From: Pseudomonadota bacterium
GTDB lineage: Bacteria; Bdellovibrionota_C; UBA2361; OMII01
Direction: 5' to 3'
NCBI GenBank assembly: GCA_038134595.1
Contig: JAYPVM010000005.1
Location: 96,001-160,000, forward strand
Length of the DNA: 64,000 bases
Below are positions 1 to 8,642 of the stretch, piece after piece. Under the pieces are notes generated by a model. That model did no database searches, was not told the origin of the DNA, and was given only the letters and a program-made list of their open reading frames with translations. Positions within the stretch are counted from its first letter, which is position 1. Each line of letters opens with the position of its first letter. Made by a program: the position numbers and the translations under genes.

Positions 1-31
1 CAAAGGTTAGTTCATTCGCTTCGCTTGCCAT
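1..31 (-). CDS. 5' end of a CDS running off the left edge (MASEANELTF...)
   Basis: ATG at 31-29 on the minus strand, preceded by a GGAAGGAG Shine-Dalgarno. Lies just downstream of the FHA gene on the same strand. Only 10 codons visible. Confidence 0.6.
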   Translation of the reverse strand, partial: MASEANELTF

Positions 32-87
32 AATCATCTCCTTCCATTTTGAGGGTTCCCCCATCTCTCTCGTTTAAAGATTCCCCA

Positions 88-1443
88 TCACCAACTAAGT
101 CCTGAGAAAAGCATTCCTCCCAAAAGGAGGGCTATCGCTAAAAAACCAAGAAACAACACTCCCACTGCAAGCCTGCCATACGGAGTCAAACCCCGAATAA
201 TTGATACTATCTTCGTTTGTAAGCTCAAAGATTCCTCCGAGTCTTCCAACACCACGGCGTCAAGATTAAACCAGGTGGTATTTCTCCGTTCTCGGGGCTT
301 TGGCGCTCTCGACGACTCGAGCGCTTCTTCACCCTCACTCTCTAACGGATCTAGAAAAACACTTGCATTACCATTAGATTTTGCAAACCTTTCCTCTTCT
401 TCCTTTGAGAAACATACCCCTACCGTGACGCCAGCGCCGAAATTTAGGACAAACGGACGATTATTAGCTTCAAACACCTCGCCATTTGCCAGTAATCCAC
501 CATCAAAAGCTGTTCCGTTGGTGCTGGAATCAGTAATTACTACTCGTCCGGTTGACGAAACGGAGACGATACAGTGCTGTCTAGAAACATGGGGAGCTCC
601 CAACCACAGTCCGCATCCAGGATCGCGACCAATTTTTAAATCCCGACCAACTTGCAGAGATAATCTCGAAGGACGCGCAACCTCCGACAGCGAGACTAGC
701 GCAGGGTAGCCTGATGCTCCATCTACTTGGGAACTCTCCGACTCTCGATGTTCCATTGCGGATTGCACCCCCCCAGCTTCTGAGACAAGTCCGTAGATGC
801 ACACAGCTTTGGATACATATACCGGCTCACCCGCCGCGAACGATTTTCGGCCAGATATCTGTTCATCACCAACAAACGTGCCGTTAGTCGAGCCGAGATC
901 TTCTATCCAAAAACTCCCAGACTCATATCCGACCCGAGCATGTTGCATCGAGACTGTAGGGACATCAATTCGAAGCCCACAGGTTCTAGCACGTCCAATC
1001 GTCAACGATTGGTTTGGCCCCAAAGACACACTTGAAGCAAAGGGCTCATGAACCATAACAGCCGGATACGTCGCCACCTGTTCTCCATACGCTCTGCGCA
1101 AGATCCTTATCCCAGCCTTATCGAGAGCTTCCTGCTCTTTCAGTAGTAAATCCAAATCAAGTGCAGTGATATTCAAGGCGATGTCGCCCAGTTCAACCTG
1201 AGCACTCCCATCGTATGTCCCCCCGAGAAACGTAGGTTCATTGTTTTCATCTGTCGAATGCGCCGAAACCCTAAACCGACGACCAATATCTCGAGAGACC
1301 TCAAGCGACACGTTTGTGCTCATCATCTCGGGGATTGCCAGATGATACTCATCTGACGGTCCAACCGTGACAAACGGTCGTCTCACGAATACCGTTTCAG
1401 CCGCCGAATGATTACCCTGAAATGTTATATCGACAACAAACAC
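88..1443 (-). CDS. FHA-domain membrane protein (two clear FHA domains, a possible degenerate N-terminal one, C-terminal TM helix)
   Basis: FHA motifs IGR...VSMQHA...DLGSTNGT and IGR...VSRQHC...DSSTNGT. Hydrophobic C-terminus LAVGVLFLGFLAIALLLGGMLF. Confidence 0.85.
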   Translation of the reverse strand: MFVVDITFQGNHSAAETVFVRRPFVTVGPSDEYHLAIPEMMSTNVSLEVSRDIGRRFRVSAHSTDENNEPTFLGGTYDGSAQVELGDIALNITALDLDLLLKEQEALDKAGIRILRRAYGEQVATYPAVMVHEPFASSVSLGPNQSLTIGRARTCGLRIDVPTVSMQHARVGYESGSFWIEDLGSTNGTFVGDEQISGRKSFAAGEPVYVSKAVCIYGLVSEAGGVQSAMEHRESESSQVDGASGYPALVSLSEVARPSRLSLQVGRDLKIGRDPGCGLWLGAPHVSRQHCIVSVSSTGRVVITDSSTNGTAFDGGLLANGEVFEANNRPFVLNFGAGVTVGVCFSKEEEERFAKSNGNASVFLDPLESEGEEALESSRAPKPRERRNTTWFNLDAVVLEDSEESLSLQTKIVSIIRGLTPYGRLAVGVLFLGFLAIALLLGGMLFSGLSW

Positions 1444-1712
1444 ACCCAGACGCTCCCCATCAAACTTAAAGGTCTGTTAACACAATCTCACGCAGACCGG
1501 ATTAACACCACTCTGTTGCACAGAGCACCACCTTCGTTCTCTAGATCGTAACGACCACGAGAATTAAGATAGTTTGTTTGCCCCGTTTTGGGGCTCATAC
1601 CTAGCGAGAGCAACATCAAGAGCCCAAAGAGCGAATAAGGCTAAACTCTTCTTCCACTCCATCGCTACTTTCTCACTAGTATCTCCTCCTATCGACACTT
1701 ACTTAATTTACT

Positions 1713-1725
1713 TAAAGCATTGATT
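1713..1725. promoter_or_regulatory. IHF-like binding site
   Basis: TAAAGCATTGATT is an exact match to YAANNNNTTGATW, in AT-rich intergenic DNA. Confidence 0.45.
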
Positions 1726-2558
1726 CCAAAACAGTATTATATCTGAAATATTACCCCTCCGAGAAGTTGGAGAAATTCTCGTAACCTTTAAGCGTAAATG
1801 GCTTGGAACAAACAGGGATTGTAATAAATTACAGGACGCCCCCCAATAAGAGAGCGGAAATACTATAGATTGTTTGTTAAAGCATCGATAAACTGCTGGC
1901 TCTTGACCAACCACCAGATTCGCTTTCGTGGTTTCTTCCTGCGGGCGAGCTCCATAATTAGTTTTAACTGCCCAATTTCATTTGGTTAACGATATCTTTA
2001 TCAGAGGCTCTCGTAATAAATTCGACCTTACGAATTACCACAAAGAGGCTTTTATCCAGCAAGTTACACCCCAAATACACCCTGGGCCTTAACCTAAATT
2101 TGTTCTGCACAGCAACCCCGTTTCATCATTTATATAGTGGCTATTCCGGTTTTGCCTGTCGGTTAGATATTAATTGTGATACGACTTAAATCTAGGCGAT
2201 TCTAGTACTCCATGTTGAGTCAAGATTAGCAATCCGAACATCGTACTCTTACAAGCTTAGGAGAATTGGTGGGTGTTGCAAGCGCGATATTACAGAGTAA
2301 TGTGACTGGCCACAGATTGTTCAATACGGCCTATGTCTATATATCGACACCTACTACTCTGCCACATCAGATTCAGGTGTGAGCAAGGATCAATTCGAAC
2401 TAAAATGCTTGTATTTACAGTGTATTATTGCTATCTTGCGAAGTGTAAGAGTACTGAATACATAGATTTTAAACTCGTTAGGAAGATGCTTTGTGTAGCG
2501 CAAGCTGTACGATGAGGTTCGCACAGTCTTTTAAGTTTACACATGGCGGTAAAGGTAA

Positions 2559-2723
2559 GTCTTGAAACCCGAGCGCCCGAAAGCAGTAGCGTTTAGTCAA
2601 AATGGTGAAAGCCTCGCTGAGTAGCTGCGAACTGGAGACGGTAGGCAGATTACTTCAGAAGATAGGCAGGCAAACTGCGCCTTTGACAATTACGTGAAAA
2701 CTGAAGGCGATTCTTATCAGGAC
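2559..2723 (+). ncRNA. Structured rod-like RNA element in the rne 5' leader (unassigned family)
   Basis: Nested complementary segments found by eye: GTCTTGA/TCAGGAC, CGCC/GGCG, CAGT/ACTG, GCGT/ACGT, GTCAAA/TTTGAC, GGTG/CGCC, GCCT/AGGC, CTGAGTAGCTGC/GCAGATTACTTCAG and ACTG-GAGA-CGGT (GNRA tetraloop). Confidence 0.55.
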
Positions 2724-2899
2724 AGTGAAAAACATTGAGTGTTCACAAATGTGTGCTTTGGTTTTTAAAAATAGCAACTACGTCGACAACTGTTCGGTGT
2801 TAGATACAGTTGTGGGCACAGTTCAAGGCAGTCACATACATACGCCATCAGGTTTACTCGCTACCGCTCGCAAAGCATCTCCCACCAGGGAGAATACAA

Positions 2900-4525
2900 A
2901 TGGAACAAAGAATGTTAATCAATGCGGTTCATTCAGAAGAATGTCGCATTGCAATCATAGAGGGCTCGGACTTAGCCGAGCTTGAAATAGAGTCCAACGT
3001 AGGAAAAAACGCGAAGGGCAATATCTATCGCGGGCGGATCTCGCGAATAGAACCTAGCCTCCAAGCGGCATTCGTTGATATCGGGACAAACCGAAATGGC
3101 TTTCTTCAGATAAATGATGTCCATCCATCGTGCTATAAAGAGCGCGGTAACTTACCCGGTAAGGTTAGAATCCAAGACATCCTCGAACCAGGTCAGGAGA
3201 TCGTTGTTCAAGTAGTCAAGGAAGAGCGTGACCTAAAAGGGGCAACACTAACCACATATATATCTTTACCAGGCCGATATCTCGTCATTATGCCTGGCAG
3301 TGACCGCGGCGGCATCTCGCGAAAAATTCACGACAGTAATCAGCGAGTTCGACTAGGTAGGCTCTCTCGCGAACTTGAAGTGCCGGTCGGCATAGGAATG
3401 ATAATTCGAACAGCGGGTCTTGATCGGTCTCAAAGCGAACTATCGAGAGATCTCTCCTTGCAGTTAAAACTATGGGAGAACATACTTAGTGCAAATCAAA
3501 CCGCACAGGCTCCCACCCTCCTCTACAAGGACAACGAACTCACGACTCGTGTAATTAGAGATTATTTTACTCCCGATGTTAAAGAGATTCTCATTGACTG
3601 CCCTACGACATTTGAACAGGTGCGAGAGTTTGTCGGGAAAGTAATGCCGCGATACCGCTCACGCATCAAGCAATACCAGGACAAGGATCCCATATTCTCC
3701 CATCACAATATAGATCAACAGGTACAAGCCGCTCTATCGCGAGAGGTTAAACTCCCCTCTGGAGGCGCTATTGTAATCGAGCAACTTGAGGCGCTTGTTG
3801 CTATAGATGTAAACTCCGGCAAGGCCACTAGCAGCGCTAACATTGAAGAAACCGCTTTTAAAACCAACGTGGAAGCCGCTGAAGAAGTGGCACGACAACT
3901 GCGGCTTCGAGACCTTGGCGGCTTAGTTGTAATTGACTTCATAGATATGGCAGACAAACGCCACAGAAGTGCGGTCGAGAGAAAGCTACAAGAAGCCGTG
4001 ACGACTGATAAGGCGAGGATAGAACTGGGAAAACTTTCAAAGTTTGGCTTACTTGAAATGTCACGTCAGCGCCTTCGGTCCTCACTCACAAGTCACAGTC
4101 ACATTAACTGTGATCACTGCAAGGGCACAGGCGCAATTAAAAATCCGGAACTTGTTGCATTAGAGGCACTTCGAAAGATCCAAGCTGCCGTGATTGTAGG
4201 ACATGTCGCAAAAGTTAAAGCTCGACTTCCCTCGATTCCGGCTTTTTTCCTACTCAACAACAAGCGCGAGGAAATATCAAAGCTGGAAGCCGAACATGAT
4301 GTTCAGATATTTATTCTTCCCGACGGACGCTTGCGTCCTGATGAGTATGAATTCGAGATGGAAGGAAATCAGGAGGACCTCCAGACCAAGGCACCTGCAG
4401 CGCCAACGCGAGTCACACCAGTTAAAGTCGAAGACGGTCCATCTGGCTCAAAGACAACCAACGGATCACGAGGTCGCGCACGCGGTAGGCGTTCTAATAG
4501 CAACCGAACAGCCGCACGAACATAG
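2900..4525 (+). CDS. rne: Ribonuclease E/G family endoribonuclease
   Basis: MLINA N-terminus, S1 domain (GNIYRGRISRIEPSLQAAFVDIG), catalytic IDVNSG and VIDFIDM motifs, Zn-link CDHCKGTG, short Arg-rich tail. Start moved to ATG 2900 after an AGGGAG SD. Confidence 0.95.
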   Translation: MEQRMLINAVHSEECRIAIIEGSDLAELEIESNVGKNAKGNIYRGRISRIEPSLQAAFVDIGTNRNGFLQINDVHPSCYKERGNLPGKVRIQDILEPGQEIVVQVVKEERDLKGATLTTYISLPGRYLVIMPGSDRGGISRKIHDSNQRVRLGRLSRELEVPVGIGMIIRTAGLDRSQSELSRDLSLQLKLWENILSANQTAQAPTLLYKDNELTTRVIRDYFTPDVKEILIDCPTTFEQVREFVGKVMPRYRSRIKQYQDKDPIFSHHNIDQQVQAALSREVKLPSGGAIVIEQLEALVAIDVNSGKATSSANIEETAFKTNVEAAEEVARQLRLRDLGGLVVIDFIDMADKRHRSAVERKLQEAVTTDKARIELGKLSKFGLLEMSRQRLRSSLTSHSHINCDHCKGTGAIKNPELVALEALRKIQAAVIVGHVAKVKARLPSIPAFFLLNNKREEISKLEAEHDVQIFILPDGRLRPDEYEFEMEGNQEDLQTKAPAAPTRVTPVKVEDGPSGSKTTNGSRGRARGRRSNSNRTAART

Positions 4526-4528
4526 AAA

Positions 4529-4553
4529 GGTTGTTCGCTGCAAGCGAGCAATC
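4529..4553 (+). terminator. Hairpin directly after the rne stop codon
   Basis: GGTTGTTCGCT-GCA-AGCGAGCAATC, about an 11-bp stem with G-U pairs. No clear U-tract. Confidence 0.4.
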
Positions 4554-4806
4554 CGCCGGTAATAGCTTTTGTCCCAGGGAACGCCCTGAGCTTCTCAGTC
4601 TATTGAGCTTTGACAAACCAGTGTTCGCAAATTAATGCTGTATTAACACTTGTTTATTAGCGGGGAATCTTTACCACTCTTTTCGCCCCTGTTACACTGA
4701 TCTTTGTTGCTTTCCTAGTGGGGCTTTGGTAACTTTAGTCTACTTAAAGTAAAAAGCCCCGCAATAACAAGTTTAGGCGCGCTGGCGCGCCTCCGTTAGT
4801 AGTCTG

Positions 4807-5838
4807 TTGTATACAATGCCACTGCCCTCTGCAATAAAAGACGATTTGGTTGACTTGGTTAAATTAGCTTCCAGTCTTACCGAGGCTCATACTATCGCGG
4901 TTTTTCTTCCAACACACCTAACAAGCCCGAGACTACAACCTGATTCGTCTATAATCGGCGGCCTATCAAAATTAACCGCCAAAGATGCCATCCCGCTTAA
5001 AAAGATAATCGAACCGGGATATGATACTAAAAACGCTTCAATAGAGTTAGTGGCTGTTCATTCGTATTCCAAAATTACCAAAGATGCGCGCATACAAGCA
5101 GGCGCCGGTCTGCTCGGATGGGTAGCAGAGCAAGGACGACCAATATACCTTTCTCAATCTGACATACCCAAACTTCCCGCCCTCTACATAGAACCCGAGA
5201 TAGTGCAAAGCCTTGCGGCACTTCCGATTGATTGCAGCAAGGCCGATCCATCGCGAGAATTAAAGCTACACGGCGTACTCATGTGCGACAGCCTTCGAAG
5301 TGAGGCGTTTTCAAATTCAGACATAAAACTACTGGAGCAAATTTCACGGCAGTGTCAAAAACTTATATACTGGGCAAGTAATGCAACAGCTGCGTCTCAG
5401 GTCGAAAGCTCATGGGATACATTCAGGCAGAAGGTTATACACCTAGGAGACGCAATAGGTCAGGATTCAATCGATCTCCTAAAATTACGTATCGAATCAT
5501 TTCAAGAACTAGCTGATGCACGTGGGCTCTCAGAGGCCGTAAAATATTCGGAGCAATTCTTTCGTCTCGTGCAGCAAGCCCTTCCACCCCATTTCCCAAT
5601 AGCTCGCATCCCATCGGGAGAGATTGTCATAGCAGTTGACAACATGATGAGTACGTTTTTCCAGCAAAAACTGCATAATCTTGCAGTGCACCTATCCTCA
5701 AAAGACAGGCCGCTTACTGTTGCAGTGGAGCACTATGGTGCCAAAACAGAGCAAAGTGGAAAATGCAACATTGATATCACTCTTCAACAACAACCAAAAT
5801 TTAAAAGATTATCTTCAACGGGAGGAACTCGTGCTTAA
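4807..5838 (+). CDS. GAF-domain protein with a degenerate GGDEF-like C-terminal domain
   Basis: GAF signature GAGLLGWVAEQGRP...SLAALPI...GVLMCDS...FSNSDIKLL. C-terminus follows the GGDEF pattern (LRIESFQELADARGLSEA; ARIPSGEIVI in place of ARYGGDEF). Start is TTG 4807 or ATG 4816. Confidence 0.75.
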   Translation: MYTMPLPSAIKDDLVDLVKLASSLTEAHTIAVFLPTHLTSPRLQPDSSIIGGLSKLTAKDAIPLKKIIEPGYDTKNASIELVAVHSYSKITKDARIQAGAGLLGWVAEQGRPIYLSQSDIPKLPALYIEPEIVQSLAALPIDCSKADPSRELKLHGVLMCDSLRSEAFSNSDIKLLEQISRQCQKLIYWASNATAASQVESSWDTFRQKVIHLGDAIGQDSIDLLKLRIESFQELADARGLSEAVKYSEQFFRLVQQALPPHFPIARIPSGEIVIAVDNMMSTFFQQKLHNLAVHLSSKDRPLTVAVEHYGAKTEQSGKCNIDITLQQQPKFKRLSSTGGTRA

Positions 5839-6907
5839 TATCAATACACTATTACCATCCTTACGCGCGAACCCACTAAGAAAGCTTTCATCTATCATGG
5901 CGGCTGATGTCGCTATAGACCTTGGAACAGCCAACACCCTTGTTTATATAAAGGGTCTCGGGATTGTATTAAACGAACCCTCGGTAGTGGCCATCGACTC
6001 CAAGACTGGAAAAATTCTTGCTATCGGCAGTGAAGCTAAGAGAATGTTCGGAAAGACGTCACGCGCCGTGGAATGTATTCGTCCGATGCGAGATGGGGTT
6101 ATCGCTGATTTTCAGGTAACCAGCGAGATGATTCGCTACATGCTCCAAAAAGTCAAAAATAAATGGTCTCTCGTTCGCCCACGCGCAGTAATTGGCGTTC
6201 CTTCTGACATCACACAAGTAGAGAAACGCGCTGTACTTGACGCGGCGCTTTCCGCAGGCATGCGCCAAGTATTCCTTGTAGAGGAATCAATGGCGGCTGC
6301 TGTTGGTAGTGAACTGCCTGTTAGCCGCCCCGTTGGAAGCATGGTAGTTGATATCGGAGGCGGAACAAGTGAGATTGCAATCGTAAGTCTAAACGGAACT
6401 ATGTACAGTCACGCGATCCGAGTTGCAGGTGACAAGATGGATGAAGCTATTAGTCGTTTTATCCGTCAGAAATGTGGAGTAGAGATAAGTATCTTCGAAG
6501 CAGAGAGGGCAAAGATGACCGTAGGTTCGCTACTACGTCATGCTCCTCTATTGACCATGACCGTTTATGGACGAGATGTGACTTCAGGGATGCCGCGTGC
6601 ACTCGAAATTACAAATGAGACAATCAGGCAAGCCTTGCACGAACCTTTGTGTGCGATTGTGGGAGCGATCTATACAGCTCTAGAAAACGTTTCTCCTGAG
6701 GTGGCGCAGGACATCCTGGGCAACGGAGTCTATCTTGTAGGTGGCGGTTCGTTACTTAGAGGCCTACCGGAGAAGTTAACCGAAAAAAGCGGCATATCAT
6801 TTATTAGAGACTCCGATCCGCTTACAAGTGTTGTACGTGGGGTCGGCAAAATGGTCGAAAATATAGACAGCATGAAAACACTGTGTGTTGATGAATTAGC
6901 GGCATAA
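5831..6907 (+). CDS. mreB: MreB-family actin-like ATPase (orphan paralog, no mreC/mreD)
   Basis: DLGTANT, EESMAAAVG, DIGGGTSE, LVGGGSLL and DPLTSVVRG motifs. GTG start at 5831 after GGAGG, overlapping the GAF gene stop. Confidence 0.92.
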   Translation: MLNINTLLPSLRANPLRKLSSIMAADVAIDLGTANTLVYIKGLGIVLNEPSVVAIDSKTGKILAIGSEAKRMFGKTSRAVECIRPMRDGVIADFQVTSEMIRYMLQKVKNKWSLVRPRAVIGVPSDITQVEKRAVLDAALSAGMRQVFLVEESMAAAVGSELPVSRPVGSMVVDIGGGTSEIAIVSLNGTMYSHAIRVAGDKMDEAISRFIRQKCGVEISIFEAERAKMTVGSLLRHAPLLTMTVYGRDVTSGMPRALEITNETIRQALHEPLCAIVGAIYTALENVSPEVAQDILGNGVYLVGGGSLLRGLPEKLTEKSGISFIRDSDPLTSVVRGVGKMVENIDSMKTLCVDELAA

Positions 6908-7027
6908 AACGAAACCGCCGCTGGCATGCTTGGTTACCAACAGCTTGTTGGAATAAATAGCTATCAGCTTAACCCATAATAAGGAAGCGCCGCGGCAAAA
7001 TTGCTCATCACCAACGTCGTCAAGAAT

Positions 7028-8515
7028 TTAGGTGTCGTGCAAAAGGGAGCTTCGTTTGAAGGTCACTGTAGATTTTCTAACTATCACAGCTAACAGAGCC
7101 ACAAGAACAACGCCTCGAAGCCATCCCGTCAAAAGCACTTGACTATAGGTGGATTCACCTAACCAAAGGACCACATCAGACGCCCACTGATTACATTGTG
7201 CAACCAATGTCAGCAAACCTCCACTACCTGAAACAGGGGCGAGAGAAACAAGCAAACCAATTACACCAGCAGTACAATTCATAATCGACCACGGCCCCGC
7301 GATAACTATATTAACCATCAATCCGAATATAGATATCGTTCCCTGCCAGCTAACAATAACGCATGTTGTCGTCAGCCAAACACACCAATTAACCGACAAA
7401 AATGTCATAACTGTTCGTGAGGGATAGCAGGCCGCTCCTATTCTAATACCCAGAAGAGCTGCAAACGTTAGTATGACTCCTATATCAAAGAGACATAAGG
7501 GCCACACGATAAGCATAACTAACAATGCCGATGAACAACGCTGAAAAAACCCGGTCGGACGACAGTACATCCATCCTAGTCCAGCCGAAACAGCCGCTAG
7601 CAGTGCCCGAATACCGGAAAATTCACTGCCTATGTATAAAACATAAAAGAATGCACAAAATAGGCCCATAACACCGACAGGCATTCGAATAGACCGGGTT
7701 CGTGGTCGCAGCGATGCCATATTAGAGAGAATTGTCACAATGACCGAATAAAGCAACGTTACCTGATATCCCGACACTACGAGCAGATGAGTCAAGCCGA
7801 GTCTCTTAAAGGCCCTCTCGATGCTTGGACTTAAATTGTCTTGATGACCTAACGCCATGGATAAGAACAAGTTGACCCCGCGAGTATCGCCAAATTTTTG
7901 ATACGTATGTCGCCTGACACTCTCCCGTAAAGCACCAAGAGTCGATTGCCCAGCAGGATCTTGTATCGATGAAAATCGAACCCTCATCTCACCAACTACC
8001 CCCTGACGCCACAACCAGCCCTCCCACGAAAATGGATTACGTGGTTTCGTAATAGAAACAACACTTCCCCTAACAATCAAACCATCTCCCCTCTTTACCG
8101 GATAAATCGACCGCCACGGCAGATCTATTGCTCGACACCTAAGCAAATAACCCCCACTTTCTACGTTGGTTCGGAAAAGAAATGTGACCTCGCCCGGCCT
8201 TCTTCGCTGAGGAACACTGGCAACCACCCCCTCAAAGATCACGTCGTTACCATTGGACACCGCCAAACGACCCCCGTCCGTAACAACGGATGCACAGATT
8301 CCCAACAACCCACCTATCAATAGAGCCTGAAAAGAACGCACTCGAATCAAGAGAGTCAGAGCGCCAACTAACCCAATTAGGTAAGGCCAGTCTCGTTGAG
8401 GAGTAAACCACACAGCGATTTCCCCGATGGCCACGGCCAGACATAACGGCAGTGCCGGAATTGTTTGGAGCACAACTACGTAACACCTTAACAGGTAGTA
8501 AAAAAAGCTTTTCAC
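7028..8515 (-). CDS. comEC: ComEC/Rec2 family competence protein (no metallo-beta-lactamase domain)
   Basis: PRNPFSWEGWLWRQG region, GLTHLLVVSGYQV, SGIRA and PLCLFDIGVILTF competence-domain motifs, many TM segments. Confidence 0.85.
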   Translation of the reverse strand: MKSFFYYLLRCYVVVLQTIPALPLCLAVAIGEIAVWFTPQRDWPYLIGLVGALTLLIRVRSFQALLIGGLLGICASVVTDGGRLAVSNGNDVIFEGVVASVPQRRRPGEVTFLFRTNVESGGYLLRCRAIDLPWRSIYPVKRGDGLIVRGSVVSITKPRNPFSWEGWLWRQGVVGEMRVRFSSIQDPAGQSTLGALRESVRRHTYQKFGDTRGVNLFLSMALGHQDNLSPSIERAFKRLGLTHLLVVSGYQVTLLYSVIVTILSNMASLRPRTRSIRMPVGVMGLFCAFFYVLYIGSEFSGIRALLAAVSAGLGWMYCRPTGFFQRCSSALLVMLIVWPLCLFDIGVILTFAALLGIRIGAACYPSRTVMTFLSVNWCVWLTTTCVIVSWQGTISIFGLMVNIVIAGPWSIMNCTAGVIGLLVSLAPVSGSGGLLTLVAQCNQWASDVVLWLGESTYSQVLLTGWLRGVVLVALLAVIVRKSTVTFKRSSLLHDT

Positions 8516-8642
8516 ATTTGGAGCCTATTGTTAATAAAACCGCGACGAGCCGTTGCGGAGCCGGATCTAACGCCTCCACGATATTAATTGCAGAAAGATC
8601 GTTAACTGTTCTTATCGTGGCAATAGATGATAAGTTGTGTAT

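Noticed and set aside
2540..2730. Assigning the rne leader RNA to the glycine, c-di-GMP or cobalamin riboswitch, SRP or 6S families
   Set aside because: Only fragments resemble them (GGCAAAC, CCGAAAG). The diagnostic cores, such as the SRP GGAA helix-8 motif, the B12 box and a 6S-type central bubble, were not found. Left unassigned.
2810..2899. N-terminal extension of RNase E given by the ORF track
   Set aside because: The SD-supported ATG at 2900 gives the conserved MLINA start; the upstream part is leader.
5681..6907. MreB paralog as magnetosome MamK, and its 50-codon N-terminal extension
   Set aside because: The motifs (DLGTANT, RPMRDGVIADF) are MreB-type and no mam genes are nearby. The extension overlaps the GAF gene and a good SD precedes GTG 5831.
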